Origin: an uncultured Enterobacteriaceae bacterium
GTDB lineage: Bacteria > Pseudomonadota > Gammaproteobacteria > Burkholderiales > SG8-39
DNA: 64,000 bases
NCBI GenBank assembly: GCA_964430565.1
Contig: CAYSFD010000051.1
Location: 29,989-93,988, forward strand
Direction of reading: 5' to 3'
Positions 1-11,897 of this stretch are shown here, one piece after another. Below the pieces are notes generated by a model. It saw only the letters and a list, made by a program, of their open reading frames with translations, searched no databases and was not told the origin of the DNA. The stretch's first letter is position 1. Every line of letters begins with the position of its first letter. The position numbers were made by a program, and so were the translations under genes.

Positions 1-396
1 CTGATGCTCGCGCGCACCGATCTGGGCATCATCGCGGTCATCGGCATCATCCTCCTGATCGGCATCGTCAAGAAGAACGCGATCATGATGATCGACTTCG
101 CCCTGGAGGCCGAGCGCAAGGAAGGCAAGAGCCCGCGCGAGGCGATCTATCAGGCCTCGATGCTTCGCTTCAGGCCGATCATGATGACCACGATGTGCGC
201 GCTGCTCAGCGCGCTGCCGCTCGCGCTCGGCACGGGCGTCGGTTCGGAGCTGCGCCACCCGCTCGGCATCACCATGGTGGGCGGCCTCGTCCTCTCCCAG
301 GCGCTCACGCTTTTCACGACGCCGGTGATCTACCTGTGGTTCGATCGCCTCGCGCAGCGCCTGCGCACTCCGCGGGAGCAAGGCGTCGCACCATGA
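1..396 (+). CDS. mdtB: RND multidrug efflux permease, MdtB-like (C-terminal part only, truncated by window edge)
   Basis: [15 protein letters not shown]...[10 protein letters not shown]...[11 protein letters not shown] is the AcrB/MdtB C-terminal signature; ATGA overlap with the next RND gene. Confidence 0.8.
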   Translation: MMLARTDLGIIAVIGIILLIGIVKKNAIMMIDFALEAERKEGKSPREAIYQASMLRFRPIMMTTMCALLSALPLALGTGVGSELRHPLGITMVGGLVLSQALTLFTTPVIYLWFDRLAQRLRTPREQGVAP

Positions 397-3300
397 ACCT
401 GTCCGAGCCCGCAATCCGGCGTCCCGTGGCCACGACGCTGCTCGCCGCCGGCGTCACGCTGGCCGGCGCTGCGGCGTTCAGCCTGCTGCCGGTAGCGCCG
501 CTGCCGCAGGTGGATTACCCGACGATTTCGGTGCAAGCGCAGCTTCCCGGTGCGAGCCCCGAGGTCATGGCAGCGACGGTGGCGACGCCGCTCGAGCGCG
601 CGCTCGGGCGCATCGCGGGCGTCACCGAGATGACTTCGTCTTCCTCGCTCGGCAGTACGCGCATCACGCTGCAGTTCGACCTCGACCGCAGCATCGACGG
701 TGCGGCGCGGGACGTGCAGGCGGCGATCAACGCGGCGAGGAGCCAGTTGCCGACGAGCCTGCCGAGCAACCCGACTTACCGCAAGGTGAATCCGGCCGAT
801 GCGCCGGTTATGATCCTCGCGCTCACCTCCGACACGATGGACCGAGGGCAGATGTACGACATGGCATCGACCATCCTCGCGCAGAAGATCTCCCAGGTCA
901 GCGGCGTAGGCCAGGTCACGGTGGGCGGGGCGTCGCTCCCCGCGGTGCGGGTCGAGCTGAACCCGACCACGCTCAACAAGTACGGCATCGGCCTGAACGA
1001 AGTGCGCGCGGCGCTCGCCGCGGCGAACGCCAACCGGCCCAAGGGCTCGGTCGAAGAAGGCGATCGCCACTGGCAGATCATGGCCGACGACCAGGCGAAA
1101 AAAGCGAGCGAGTACCTTCCGCTCATCATCGCATGGCGGACGGACAAAAGCGGCAACGGCGCGGCGGTGCGCCTCTCGGACGTCGCCGAGGTCGTCGACT
1201 CGGTCGAGGACCTGCGCAACGCCGGCTCTTCGAACGGCCGTCCTTCGGTGCTCGTCATCATCAACCGGCAGCCCAACGCCAACATCATCGAGACGGCGGA
1301 ACGCGTCCGGGAGCTCCTGCCGCTGCTGCGGGCTTCGATGCCGAAAGCAATCAATCTCGACGTGATGATCGAACGCACCAGCACGATTCGCGCCTCGTTG
1401 CGCGAGGTCGGACGCACCATGGTGATCGCGACGGGTCTTGTGATCCTCGTTGTCTTTCTTTTCCTGCGCAACGCCCGCGCGACGCTGATCCCCGCCGTGG
1501 TGGTGCCCATTTCGCTTATCGCCACGTTCGGCTTCATGTACCTCGCCGGATTCAGTCTCAACAATCTTTCCCTGATGGCGCTCACCATCGCGACCGGCTT
1601 CGTGGTGGATGACGCGATCGTGGTCCTGGAGAACGCCTCGAGGCATATCGAGCGCGGCGTGCCGCCGTATCAGGCTGCATTGAAGAGCGCGCGGGAAGTC
1701 AGCTTTACCGTCGTGGCGATGAGCCTGTCGCTGATTGCCGCGTTCATCCCGATCCTCCTGATGGGCGGCATCGTCGGGCGCCTGTTCCGAGAATTCGCAG
1801 TGACGCTTTCTGTGGCGATTCTCGTGTCGCTTGCCCTGTCCCTCACCATGACCCCGATGATGTGCGCTCGGATGCTGAAGGGCCCGGGCGAGCGGCGCCC
1901 GGGACGGCTTTTTCTCGAGAGCGAGCGGGTTTTCCACTGGATGCTGGCCGAGTATCAAGCGAGCCTTACCTGGGCGCTGCGACACTCGCGCGTCATGATG
2001 CTGATCCTTGCAGCCGTCGTCGGGCTCAATGTAACTCTCTACATCGCCGTGCCGAAGGGATTTTTTCCCCAGCAGGACGTGGGTCGAATGATGGGTTCGG
2101 TCCAGGCCGACCAGGGGATTTCCTTCCAGGCGATGCGCGAGAAGATGGCCGACTTCGTCGAGATCCTGCGCAGTGACCCCGCCGTCGAGAACGTGGTGGG
2201 CTTCACCGGCGGCGGCCGCCGAAACTCAGGCTTCATGTTCATGTCGCTCAAGCCGCTCTCGGAACGCAAGGTCTCGGTCGACCAAGTCATCGCCAGGCTG
2301 CGTCCGCGCCTCGCCCAGGTGCCGGGGGCGAATCTGTTCCTCATCCCGGTGCAGGACGTGCGCATCGGGGGGCGTCAAGCGGGCGCGCAGTACCAGTTTA
2401 CGCTGCAGGCCGACGAGCTCGCCGAGCTTCGGCTTTGGGAGCCGCGGGTGCGCCGCGCACTGTCTCAACTGCCCGAGCTGACCGACGTGAACACAGACCA
2501 GCAGGACAGGGGCCTGCAGACCACGCTCGTGATCGACCGCAGCACCGCGGCGCGTCTCGGGATCACGACCCGGATGATCGACCAGGCGTTGTACAACGCT
2601 TTCGGCCAGGCCCAGGTCTCGACGATCTATTCGGCGCTCAATCAGTATCACGTCGTCATGGAGGTGGCGCCGCAGTACTGGCAGAGCCCCGAGGCGCTGA
2701 AGGGCATCTACCTTCTCACACCGGACAAGGGCCAGGTTCCGCTCTCGGAGGTCGCGCGCTACGAGGCAAGCACCGCTCCGCTTTCGGTGAACCATCAGGG
2801 GCAGTTCGTGGCATCGACCATATCTTTCAATCTCCCGATCGGCGTCACCCTGGGCGACGCCGTGGCCGCGGTCAACGACGCCATGGCGAACCTGGGCGTC
2901 CCGACGACGGTTCTCGGCCGGTTTCAGGGCAGGGCGCGCGCGTTCCAGGCGTCGCTCGAGAGCCAGCCGTGGCTGATTCTCGCGGCGCTGGTCACCTTGT
3001 ACATCGTGCTCGGCATCCTCTACGAGAGCACCATCCATCCGATCACGATCCTTTCGACCTTGCCCTCGGCGGGCGTAGGCGCGCTGCTCGCGCTGATGGC
3101 GTTTCGGACCGAGTTCGACGTCATCGCCTTGATCGGCGTAATTCTGCTGATCGGCCTGGTGATGAAGAACGCCATCATGATGATCGACTTTGCGCTCGCC
3201 GCCGAGCGCGAGGAAGGCAAGCGCCCTGAGGAGGCGATCTTCCAGGCGTGCTTGCTGCGCTTTCGCCCCATCATGATGACCACCTTCGCCGCGATGCTGG

Positions 3301-3497
3301 GCGCCGTGCCGCTTGCGATCGGTTTCGGCTACGGCGCCGAGCTGCGCCGCCCCCTCGGGATCGCGATCGTCGGCGGGCTGATCGTCAGCCAGCTTCTCAC
3401 GCTGTATACGACGCCGGTGGTGTACCTGTATCTCGACCGCTTCCGCCTGTGGTGCCGGAGAGTTTGGGCGCGGCGCGCGGTGCTGGGGGTGCGATGA
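393..3497 (+). CDS. mdtC: RND multidrug efflux permease, MdtC-like
   Basis: Start [17 protein letters not shown] at ATG 393 overlapping the upstream stop; [27 protein letters not shown] and [11 protein letters not shown] motifs; second of two tandem RND subunits. Confidence 0.9.
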   Translation: MNLSEPAIRRPVATTLLAAGVTLAGAAAFSLLPVAPLPQVDYPTISVQAQLPGASPEVMAATVATPLERALGRIAGVTEMTSSSSLGSTRITLQFDLDRSIDGAARDVQAAINAARSQLPTSLPSNPTYRKVNPADAPVMILALTSDTMDRGQMYDMASTILAQKISQVSGVGQVTVGGASLPAVRVELNPTTLNKYGIGLNEVRAALAAANANRPKGSVEEGDRHWQIMADDQAKKASEYLPLIIAWRTDKSGNGAAVRLSDVAEVVDSVEDLRNAGSSNGRPSVLVIINRQPNANIIETAERVRELLPLLRASMPKAINLDVMIERTSTIRASLREVGRTMVIATGLVILVVFLFLRNARATLIPAVVVPISLIATFGFMYLAGFSLNNLSLMALTIATGFVVDDAIVVLENASRHIERGVPPYQAALKSAREVSFTVVAMSLSLIAAFIPILLMGGIVGRLFREFAVTLSVAILVSLALSLTMTPMMCARMLKGPGERRPGRLFLESERVFHWMLAEYQASLTWALRHSRVMMLILAAVVGLNVTLYIAVPKGFFPQQDVGRMMGSVQADQGISFQAMREKMADFVEILRSDPAVENVVGFTGGGRRNSGFMFMSLKPLSERKVSVDQVIARLRPRLAQVPGANLFLIPVQDVRIGGRQAGAQYQFTLQADELAELRLWEPRVRRALSQLPELTDVNTDQQDRGLQTTLVIDRSTAARLGITTRMIDQALYNAFGQAQVSTIYSALNQYHVVMEVAPQYWQSPEALKGIYLLTPDKGQVPLSEVARYEASTAPLSVNHQGQFVASTISFNLPIGVTLGDAVAAVNDAMANLGVPTTVLGRFQGRARAFQASLESQPWLILAALVTLYIVLGILYESTIHPITILSTLPSAGVGALLALMAFRTEFDVIALIGVILLIGLVMKNAIMMIDFALAAEREEGKRPEEAIFQACLLRFRPIMMTTFAAMLGAVPLAIGFGYGAELRRPLGIAIVGGLIVSQLLTLYTTPVVYLYLDRFRLWCRRVWARRAVLGVR

Positions 3498-4990
3498 CTT
3501 TCCGCGCCGCCTGTCATTCTGAGGGCGCAGCCCGAAGAATCTGCTTTTCTTTGACCTTGGCGACCGCGCTGGTCGGCGGCTGTGCGGTCGGGCCCGACTA
3601 CGTGTTGCCCGACGCCCCGGTTCCGGCAGCGTACAAGGAGGCGGGCGAATGGAAAGTCGCGCAGCCGCGCGATGACGCGAACCGCGGAAAGTGGTGGGAG
3701 GTGTTCGGCGATCCGCAATTGAACGCCCTGATCGAGCAGGTCGAGATCTCGAACCAGAACGTTCTTGCAGCCGACGCGCGCTTCCGCCGGGCGCGTGCTT
3801 TGATCGCCGCCTCCCGTTCAGCCCTGTTTCCGACGCTCGACGGCAACGTTTCCATTACCCGCAGCCGCTCCCCTACAGGGGTGGTCGGCGGAACCACCGC
3901 GGGCAGCATCATCACCAATCGCAGCGCGAGCCTCGATGCCGGCTGGGAGGCGGACCTGTGGGGGCAGGTCAGGCGCGCGGTCGAAGCGAGCGAAGCGGGG
4001 GCGCAGGCGAGTTCGGCGGATCTCGCGGCCGCGGGCCTGTCGGCGCAGGCCGAGCTCGCCTCGAATTATTTCCTGCTGCGTACGCTCGATGCGCAAAGAC
4101 AGCTTCTCGACGATACCGCCGCGGCTTTCCAGAAACTTCTCGATCTTACGAAGAACCGCTACGCCGCCGGCGTCGTGGCGAAGGTGGACGTGGTCCAGGC
4201 CGAGACGCAGCTGAGGAGCACCCAGGCCGATGCGATCGACCTCGGCGTGCAGCGCGCCCAGCTCGAACACGCAATCGCGGTGCTCGTCGGCAGGCCGCCG
4301 GCTGCGCTTTCGATCGCGCGCGCGCCGCTTGCGGTCGCTATGCCCGTGATTCCGCCCGGCATGCCCTCGGAACTGCTCGAGCGCCGGCCCGACGTCGCCG
4401 CCGCGGAGCGGCGCGTCGCCGCGGCCAACGCCCAGATTGGCGTGGCGAAGGCGGCATACTTTCCTTCGCTCACGATTTCGGCATTGGGCGGCTACCGCAG
4501 CGCCGATCCGTCCCAGTGGTTCACGGCGCCCGCCCGCTTCTGGGCGATCGGGCCGGCGATTGCGCAGTCGCTCTTCGACGCGGGCCTGCGGCGCGCGCAG
4601 ACCGACCAGGCCATCGCCGGTTACGATTTGACCGTCGCCGAGTACCGCCAGACCGTGCTCGCCGGATTCCGGGAAGTGGAGGACAGCCTCGCGGCGCTGC
4701 GCATCCTGGAAGAAGAGGCGAAAGTGCAGCAAGAGGCGGTGCGCGCCGCGCGCGAGTCGGTCGCACTCACGCTCAACCAATACAAGGCGGGAACGGTGAG
4801 CTTCCTCAACGTCGCCGTCGTGCAGGCCGCGCAGCTCAACAACGAGCGCGCCGCGGTCGGCATCCTCGGCCGGCGGCTGGTCGCGTCCGTGAGCCTGGTG
4901 CGAGCGTTGGGCGGAGGGTGGAGTGCTTCGGAGCTGCCCGACGGCGAGTTGCTGCGCGCGCGCACGAGCCCGCCGGCGGCAGCACGCTAG
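3494..4990 (+). CDS. Outer-membrane efflux lipoprotein (NodT/OprM family)
   Basis: ATGA overlap at 3494; lipobox [10 protein letters not shown]; WEADLWG and [17 protein letters not shown] motifs; ends [10 protein letters not shown]. Confidence 0.92.
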   Translation: MTFRAACHSEGAARRICFSLTLATALVGGCAVGPDYVLPDAPVPAAYKEAGEWKVAQPRDDANRGKWWEVFGDPQLNALIEQVEISNQNVLAADARFRRARALIAASRSALFPTLDGNVSITRSRSPTGVVGGTTAGSIITNRSASLDAGWEADLWGQVRRAVEASEAGAQASSADLAAAGLSAQAELASNYFLLRTLDAQRQLLDDTAAAFQKLLDLTKNRYAAGVVAKVDVVQAETQLRSTQADAIDLGVQRAQLEHAIAVLVGRPPAALSIARAPLAVAMPVIPPGMPSELLERRPDVAAAERRVAAANAQIGVAKAAYFPSLTISALGGYRSADPSQWFTAPARFWAIGPAIAQSLFDAGLRRAQTDQAIAGYDLTVAEYRQTVLAGFREVEDSLAALRILEEEAKVQQEAVRAARESVALTLNQYKAGTVSFLNVAVVQAAQLNNERAAVGILGRRLVASVSLVRALGGGWSASELPDGELLRARTSPPAAAR

Positions 4991-5042
4991 AACGCTTGCG
5001 GCCTCGTGTTAGTATTTTGATTTACTCGTGTTTGGAAGCGTC

Positions 5043-6326
<1,284 letters not shown>

Positions 6327-6341
6327 GCGCCAAGCCACACC

Positions 6342-6824
6342 GTGAAGTGCCCCTACTGCAAGACCGAGGACACCGCGGTCATCGATTCGCGCGAGTCCGA
6401 CGACGGCGACAGCGTTCGGCGGAGGCGCCAGTGCGAGGCTTGCGACAAGCGCTTCACCACCTATGAGCGCGTCGAGCTTTCCATGCCGATGGTAGTGAAA
6501 ACCAACGGCAACCGCGTTCCCTACGATAGCGAGAAGATCCGCACCGGCTTCATGCGCGCGTTGCACAAGCGGCCGGTGCCCACCGAGTACGTCGAGCAGG
6601 CGGTCAACCGGATCGAGCAGCGCATCCTTGCGCTCGGCGAGCGCGAGATCGCGAGCCGCGTGATCGGCGAGATGGTGATGCGGGAACTCAAGAAAATGGA
6701 CGATGTCGCCTACATCCGCTTCGCCTCCGTGTACGAGGACTTCCAGCGCGTCGACGACTTCCGCGACGCGATCCTCGAGGTGAAGAAACCCGGCAGCAAG
6801 CGCGCGCGCCGTAACGCCAAGTAA
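6342..6824 (+). CDS. nrdR: Transcriptional repressor NrdR
   Basis: MKCPYC...RRRRQCEAC zinc ribbon, ATP cone, [10 protein letters not shown]; glyA-nrdR-ribD order. Confidence 0.97.
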   Translation: MKCPYCKTEDTAVIDSRESDDGDSVRRRRQCEACDKRFTTYERVELSMPMVVKTNGNRVPYDSEKIRTGFMRALHKRPVPTEYVEQAVNRIEQRILALGEREIASRVIGEMVMRELKKMDDVAYIRFASVYEDFQRVDDFRDAILEVKKPGSKRARRNAK

Positions 6825-7906
6825 TGTTCACCGCCGCCGACCATGAATTCATGGGGCAGGCGCTCGAACTTGCCGGGCGCGGCCTCTATACTACGACGCC
6901 CAATCCGCGTGTCGGCTGCGTGATCGTCAAGGACGGCGCGGTCGTGGCGAGCGGCTGGCACGAAAAGACCGGGCTGCCGCACGCGGAAGCGCTGGCCCTG
7001 AAAGCGGCCGCGGCGCGAGCACGCGGCGCGACCCTTTATCTCAATCTCGAACCTTGCAGCCATCAGGGTCGGACTCCGCCTTGCGTCGATGCCATCATCG
7101 AAGCCGGCGTGAAGCGCGTGGTCGCGGCTATCGGGGACCCCAATCCGAAAGTCGCCGGCGCGGGCTTTGCGAAGCTGCGCGCGGCCGGGATTGCGGCCGA
7201 GCAGGGACTTAGGGAGGACGAGGCGCGCGAGCTCAACATCGGCTTTCTCGCCCGCATGGCGCGCGGCCGGCCCTGGGTGCGCATGAAGATCGCGGCGAGC
7301 CTGGACGGCCGCACCGCGCTAGCGAACGGCAAGAGCCAGTGGATCACGGGGGAGGCGGCGAGGGCGGACGGGCATCGCTGGCGGGCGCGCGCCTGCGCGG
7401 TCCTCACCGGCTTCGGCACGGTGAGGGACGACGACCCACAGCTCAACGTGCGCGGCGTCGATACGCCCCGGCAGCCGCTCAAGATTGTCGTCGATTCGAA
7501 ATTCGAGATCTCCCCGTCCGCGCGGCTTCTGAAGGAGGGAAAGACGCTCGTCGTCGGCGCGGTGAACGACGAGAAGAAGATCACGGAGTTGAAGACCGTG
7601 GGGGCGGGCATCGCCATCATCCCGAACGACGACGGCAAGGTCGAGCTCTTCAAGCTCATGGAGGAACTCGCGCGGCGGGAGCTGAACGAAATCCACGTCG
7701 AGGCGGGAACGAAGCTGAACGGCTCGCTCCTGCAGGCGGGCGTGGTGGACGAGCTGCTCGTCTATCTCGCGCCGAGCGTCGTCGGCGACTCGGGGCGGGG
7801 GATGTTCAACCTGCCGGAGTTGACAGATCTGTCGCAGACCAAGGCGCTGAAAATCCGCGAAGTCGAGCGCGTGGGCGAGGATCTCCGCATCCTGGCGAGG
7901 CTTTAG
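6824..7906 (+). CDS. ribD: Riboflavin biosynthesis deaminase/reductase RibD
   Basis: [37 protein letters not shown] motifs. Confidence 0.97.
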   Translation: MFTAADHEFMGQALELAGRGLYTTTPNPRVGCVIVKDGAVVASGWHEKTGLPHAEALALKAAAARARGATLYLNLEPCSHQGRTPPCVDAIIEAGVKRVVAAIGDPNPKVAGAGFAKLRAAGIAAEQGLREDEARELNIGFLARMARGRPWVRMKIAASLDGRTALANGKSQWITGEAARADGHRWRARACAVLTGFGTVRDDDPQLNVRGVDTPRQPLKIVVDSKFEISPSARLLKEGKTLVVGAVNDEKKITELKTVGAGIAIIPNDDGKVELFKLMEELARRELNEIHVEAGTKLNGSLLQAGVVDELLVYLAPSVVGDSGRGMFNLPELTDLSQTKALKIREVERVGEDLRILARL

Positions 7907-7926
7907 GAACGTACGAGCGGTACGCA

Positions 7927-8850
7927 ATGCATTCCATCATCACCGTCACAAACCTGTCGAAAACCTACGCCTCGGGGCTGCAGGCTCTCAAGAAGATCAA
8001 CCTTGAGATTCGCCGCGGAGAGATCTTCGCGTTGCTCGGCCCCAACGGCGCTGGGAAGACGACGCTCATCGGCATCGTCTGTGGAATCGTCAATGCGAGC
8101 GCAGGGACGATTGTCGTGGACGGACACGACATCGTCGGCGATTACCGCGCCGCACGCTCCATGATCGGCCTCGTGCCGCAGGAGCTGACGACAGACGCGT
8201 TCGAAACAGTATGGAACACCGTGTCGTTCAGCCGCGGACTCTTCGGCAAGCCGGCCGACCCCGCGCACATCGAGAAGGTGCTGAAGGACTTGTCTTTGTG
8301 GGACCGCAAGGACAGCAAGGTCATGACCCTCTCGGGCGGAATGAAGCGGCGGCTGCTCATCGCCAAGGCGCTGTCGCACGAACCGCGGGTCCTGTTTCTT
8401 GACGAGCCGACCGCAGGCGTCGACGTGGAACTCCGGCAGGAGATGTGGAAGCTGGTGCGCGCGCTGCAGTCCTCAGGCGTGACCATCATTCTCACCACAC
8501 ACTACATCGACGAGGCCGAAGAGATGGCTGACCGGATCGGGGTGATCAACAACGGCGAGATCATCCTGGTTGAAGACAAGGCGGAAATCATGCGCAAGCT
8601 CGGGAGGAAACAATTGACTCTGCAGCTGCACGAGCCGCTTGCGCTTGTTCCGCAGGGGCTCTCCGCCTACAAGCTCGCGCTCTCGAGCAGCGGCGGCGAA
8701 TTAATCTACACCTACGATGAACGCGACCGCACCGGCATCACGGCGCTGCTTGCAGACCTGCCCGGGGCGGGAATCCGCTTCAAGGACCTTCACACGACAC
8801 AAAGCTCGCTCGAAGACATCTTCGTCACTCTGGTGAGAGAGAAGAAATGA
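7927..8850 (+). CDS. ABC transporter ATP-binding protein (YadG-like)
   Basis: Walker [10 protein letters not shown], signature LSGGMKRR, Walker B LFLDEPT; ATG at 7927. Confidence 0.92.
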   Translation: MHSIITVTNLSKTYASGLQALKKINLEIRRGEIFALLGPNGAGKTTLIGIVCGIVNASAGTIVVDGHDIVGDYRAARSMIGLVPQELTTDAFETVWNTVSFSRGLFGKPADPAHIEKVLKDLSLWDRKDSKVMTLSGGMKRRLLIAKALSHEPRVLFLDEPTAGVDVELRQEMWKLVRALQSSGVTIILTTHYIDEAEEMADRIGVINNGEIILVEDKAEIMRKLGRKQLTLQLHEPLALVPQGLSAYKLALSSSGGELIYTYDERDRTGITALLADLPGAGIRFKDLHTTQSSLEDIFVTLVREKK

Positions 8851-9617
8851 GCGCCATGAACGTGCATGCGATCCGCGCGATCTACAAGTTCGAAATGGCG
8901 CGCACGCGGCGCACTCTGATGCAGAGCATCATCGCCCCGGTGATTTCGACGGCCTTGTACTTCGTCGTCTTCGGCGCGGCGATCGGCGCTCGCATACCCG
9001 AGGTCGAGGGCGTCAGCTACGGTGCCTTCATCGTGCCGGGGCTCATCATGCTGTCGCTGCTGACGCAGAGCCTCTCCAATGCGTCCTTCGGCATCTACTT
9101 TCCCAAGTTCACCGGGACGATCTACGAGCTCCTGTCGGCGCCGGTTTCCTATTTAGAGATCGTGGTGAGCTATGTGGGGGCGGCCGCAACCAAGTCGGTC
9201 GTGCTCGGCCTCATCATCCTCGCGACGGCGGCGCTGCTGGTGCCGGTGCGGATCGAGCATCCCTTCTGGATGATCCTCTTCCTCGTACTGACCTCGGTGA
9301 CCTTCAGCCTCATCGGCTTTATCATCGGAATCTGGGCGGACGGTTTCGAGAAGCTCCAGGCCATACCGCTCCTGATCATCACGCCTTTGACGTTTCTTGG
9401 CGGCAGCTTCTACTCCATCGACATGCTGCCGCCCTTCTGGCAGACGGTCTCGTTGTTTAACCCCGTGGTGTTCCTGGTGAGCGGGTTCCGCTGGAGCTTC
9501 TACGGGATCGCCGACGTGGGTGTCGGCGTGAGCCTCGCCGTGACCGGCCTGTTCCTGGCTATCGCGCTCGCGGTCGTAGCGTGGATCTTCAGGACCGGGT
9601 ATCGGCTGAAGAACTGA
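8847..9617 (+). CDS. ABC-2 type permease (YadH-like)
   Basis: Six hydrophobic segments; [11 protein letters not shown] and [17 protein letters not shown] motifs; ATGA overlap with the ATPase gene. Confidence 0.92.
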   Translation: MSAMNVHAIRAIYKFEMARTRRTLMQSIIAPVISTALYFVVFGAAIGARIPEVEGVSYGAFIVPGLIMLSLLTQSLSNASFGIYFPKFTGTIYELLSAPVSYLEIVVSYVGAAATKSVVLGLIILATAALLVPVRIEHPFWMILFLVLTSVTFSLIGFIIGIWADGFEKLQAIPLLIITPLTFLGGSFYSIDMLPPFWQTVSLFNPVVFLVSGFRWSFYGIADVGVGVSLAVTGLFLAIALAVVAWIFRTGYRLKN

Positions 9618-9695
9618 TTCTGTGTGTTACCGCTCGACTACGGCAGAGCTCCGGGCGATGGTCGAGGGGTGATTTAAGCGCGCGAAGGCGCCTGC

Positions 9696-10646
9696 TTACG
9701 CCCTGACTGCCTGCTCCAACAGCCATTTACGAAATGCGGCGACGGCTGGGCGCTCGGCGATGACCTCCGGGCACACGAGGTAATACGCCGATTGCGGTTT
9801 CAGTTCCACCTTGAACGGCGCGCACAGCCGCCCCGACGCGATGTCGTGGTCGATCAGAGGTTTCAGGGCGAGCGCCACGCCCAGCTTCTGCGACGCCGCC
9901 TCGAGCGACAGGATGTTCGAGGAAAAATGCGGCCCGCGGCTGCCGTCGACGCGATCGGCGACCCCCGCGGCCTCGAGCCATTTCTGCCAGGCGCGGCCGT
10001 GGGCCACGAGGTCCATGGCGTCGTCGTGCAGGAGCACGTGGCGCGCCAAGTCGGCCGGCTGTTCGAGCGGCGGATCGCCTCGCACCAGCTCGGGGCTGGC
10101 CACCGCGACGGTCGCGACGTCGAACAGGTGATCGGCGCGATAGCCGGGATAGGTTCCGCCGCCGAGATGGATTTCGACGCCGGACATCTCGTCCCTCAAA
10201 TCGAGATTTCCGACGAGAACAGAGGAATCGAGCGCGCCGGCGTCGACCATCCTGCTCGAGCCGAAGACGCGCAACTCGACGTGCGGCTCGCGTTTCGAAA
10301 AATCGGCCAGGCGCGGCATCAGCCAGCGCGCGGTGAACACCGGCGGCGCGGTGATCAGCAGCTCGGTCTCTTCGCCGCGCTCGCGGATCGTCTCCACCGC
10401 GGCGGCGAGCGACTCGAAGCCTTCGCGCAGTTTCGGCAAGCAGGCGCGCGCCGCTTCCGTCAGCTGCACACCGCGTCCCGCGCGGCGGAACAGCTCGATA
10501 CCGAGATACTCCTCGAGGCTCTTGATCTGATGGCTGACGGCTGCCTGGGTGATCGACAGCTCGTTTGCCGCCTCCTTGAACGAGAGGTGGCGCGCGGCGG
10601 CTTCGAATACCCGCAGTGCATTCAGCGGGGGCAGGCGGTAAATCAT
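9696..10646 (-). CDS. LysR-family regulator, GcvA/AmpR-like
   Basis: LPPLNALRVFEAAARHLSFKEAANELSITQAAVSHQIKSLEE HTH; alternative TTG start at 10655. Confidence 0.93.
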   Translation of the reverse strand: MIYRLPPLNALRVFEAAARHLSFKEAANELSITQAAVSHQIKSLEEYLGIELFRRAGRGVQLTEAARACLPKLREGFESLAAAVETIRERGEETELLITAPPVFTARWLMPRLADFSKREPHVELRVFGSSRMVDAGALDSSVLVGNLDLRDEMSGVEIHLGGGTYPGYRADHLFDVATVAVASPELVRGDPPLEQPADLARHVLLHDDAMDLVAHGRAWQKWLEAAGVADRVDGSRGPHFSSNILSLEAASQKLGVALALKPLIDHDIASGRLCAPFKVELKPQSAYYLVCPEVIAERPAVAAFRKWLLEQAVRA

Positions 10647-10670
10647 CCGGGGCAATTAGTCACAAATGGG

Positions 10671-10705
10671 ATGAGCTTTTCTTATATGACAGATGAGAAT
10701 TCATC
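10671..10705. promoter_or_regulatory. Putative LysR operator: ATGAG-N5-CTTAT (T-N11-A) at 10671-10685 plus palindrome GATGA-GAAT-TCATC at 10692-10705
   Basis: Read directly from the divergent intergenic region; T-N11-A dyads next to the divergent LysR gene are the established LysR arrangement. Confidence 0.6.
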
Positions 10706-10758
10706 GTTTGTTCTTCGGCCTTCGCGGGACTATCTTGTAACGCGTGATAGGAGCAAAC

Positions 10759-10935
10759 ATGAAATCCCGAACCAACTTGACCGTTTCCGAATTGTACGCG
10801 CTGGAAAGCGCCGCACGTTCGGCCCGCGCGCAGGAAGTCGCGCGCCTAATCCGCGCCGGCGTGGACGCATTGGGCCGGTTTGCCGGCCGTGCCTTGTCTG
10901 CGCTGGAGCATAGAAAGGAAATCAGCCATGCGTAA
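10759..10935 (+). CDS. Small helical protein (58 aa), RSP_7527-like, divergent from LysR
   Basis: AGGAG SD before ATG 10759; LYALESAARSARAQEVARLI pattern; family assignment is from memory only. Confidence 0.65.
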   Translation: MKSRTNLTVSELYALESAARSARAQEVARLIRAGVDALGRFAGRALSALEHRKEISHA

Positions 10936-11131
10936 CACATTGCGTACACCATTCTGGCGGGCGGCCTACCGATCGCTGCCGGACACCGTGCGGCGCCGCT
11001 ACCTCGGGCAAATCGAGCGTGCGGAACGCTGGGAACTCGCGCTCGATGCGGCGACCGAAGCCTTGTCGCGAGCGAAGGACGCACTGGCCAGGCTGTTTGA
11101 AGCGCCCACCAAGCCACGATCGGCACACTAA
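10928..11131 (+). CDS. Small hypothetical protein (67 aa)
   Basis: AAGGA SD; ATG overlaps the upstream stop (ATGCGTAA), consistent with translational coupling. Confidence 0.65.
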   Translation: MRNTLRTPFWRAAYRSLPDTVRRRYLGQIERAERWELALDAATEALSRAKDALARLFEAPTKPRSAH

Positions 11132-11139
11132 CCGTTTGC

Positions 11140-11251
11140 CTCGCCGTCCGCGTGACCTGAGGTCTCCTCCTCCTCCTCCTCCGGTCAATAGCGCGGGCGG
11201 CGAGCATCTAACGACGGAGATAGACCGCAGGGTCTGTCTCCGTTTTTTTTT
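11140..11251 (+). ncRNA. Candidate 3'-UTR sRNA: long hairpin with (UCC)6 anti-SD loop plus intrinsic terminator
   Basis: CTCGCCGTCCGCG (11140-52) pairs with CGCGGGCGGCGAG (11192-204); inner TGACC/GGTCA; TCC x6 at 11165-11182; terminator follows. Confidence 0.6.
11214..11251 (+). terminator. Rho-independent terminator
   Basis: ACGGAGATAGACC-GCAG-GGTCTGTCTCCGT stem (one G-U pair), ending in a T run at 11243-11251. Confidence 0.9.
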
Positions 11252-11339
11252 GATTCCTAGAAGCGATCCCAGCTTGCGGGCTCTCACCAGACCGGATCTC
11301 TGCCTGCCAGGCAATCAACGACTAAAATAATCTTTGCAG

Positions 11340-11366
11340 TGTCGATTTCGCCGAGCCTCGTTCGTC
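11340..11366 (+). promoter_or_regulatory. ECF sigma-type promoter TGTCGAT-N16-CGTC upstream of yciI-like gene
   Basis: Spacing matches the ECF41-type TGTCACA-N16-CGTC layout; lies upstream of a YciI/DGPF gene. Confidence 0.55.
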
Positions 11367-11446
11367 GTACAGTCAGAGCGAGGCTTTCCATCCGGTCGAG
11401 ACCGACCGAAGGTCCGGCGCCCCCCAAAAAAAACGGAGAAAAGGCG

Positions 11447-11863
11447 ATGCGATTCATGATGATAGTCAAGGCCACAAAGGACTCTGAGGCGGGCGTGATG
11501 CCCTCCGAGAAGCTCATTTCGGAGATGCAGAAGTACCACGAGGAGCTGCAGAAAGCCGGGGTGCTGCTCGATGGCTCGGGGCTCCAGCCGAGTTCGAAGG
11601 GTTGGCGAGTCAAGTACGCGGGAGCGAAGCGCGCGCTGATCGACGGGCCCTTTACCGAGGCTAAGGAGCTGATCGCCGGCTACACGCTCATCCAGGTAAA
11701 GTCGCGGGAAGAGGCGATGGAATGGGCGCGGCGCTTTCCCAATCCCGCCGGCGACGGCAAGGAGGGCGAAATCGAGGTCCGGCAGCTCTTCGAGCTGGAG
11801 GATTTCGGTCCGAGCGAGGCGGTCGAGCGCTTTCGCGAGATGGACATTCAAAAGAAGAAGTGA
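11447..11863 (+). CDS. YciI/DGPF-domain protein
   Basis: MRFMMIVKATKDSEAG, LLDGSGLQPSSKG, DGPFTEAKELIAGY, IEVRQLFE. Confidence 0.93.
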   Translation: MRFMMIVKATKDSEAGVMPSEKLISEMQKYHEELQKAGVLLDGSGLQPSSKGWRVKYAGAKRALIDGPFTEAKELIAGYTLIQVKSREEAMEWARRFPNPAGDGKEGEIEVRQLFELEDFGPSEAVERFREMDIQKKK

Positions 11864-11897
11864 CCGCGGCGGAAGGATATCTCTTAGAGAGGAGCGG

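Noticed and set aside
4991-5042. Possible glycine or ZTP riboswitch before glyA, and FMN riboswitch before ribD/ribE
   Set aside because: The intergenic spaces are too short, or the genes are coupled or leaderless; no aptamer consensus is present
11165-11182. (TCC)6 and (GGA)n tracts as CRISPR or simple contingency repeats
   Set aside because: There is no repeat-spacer array or cas gene; the tracts are non-coding and sit in hairpin loops, so I treated them as RNA motifs
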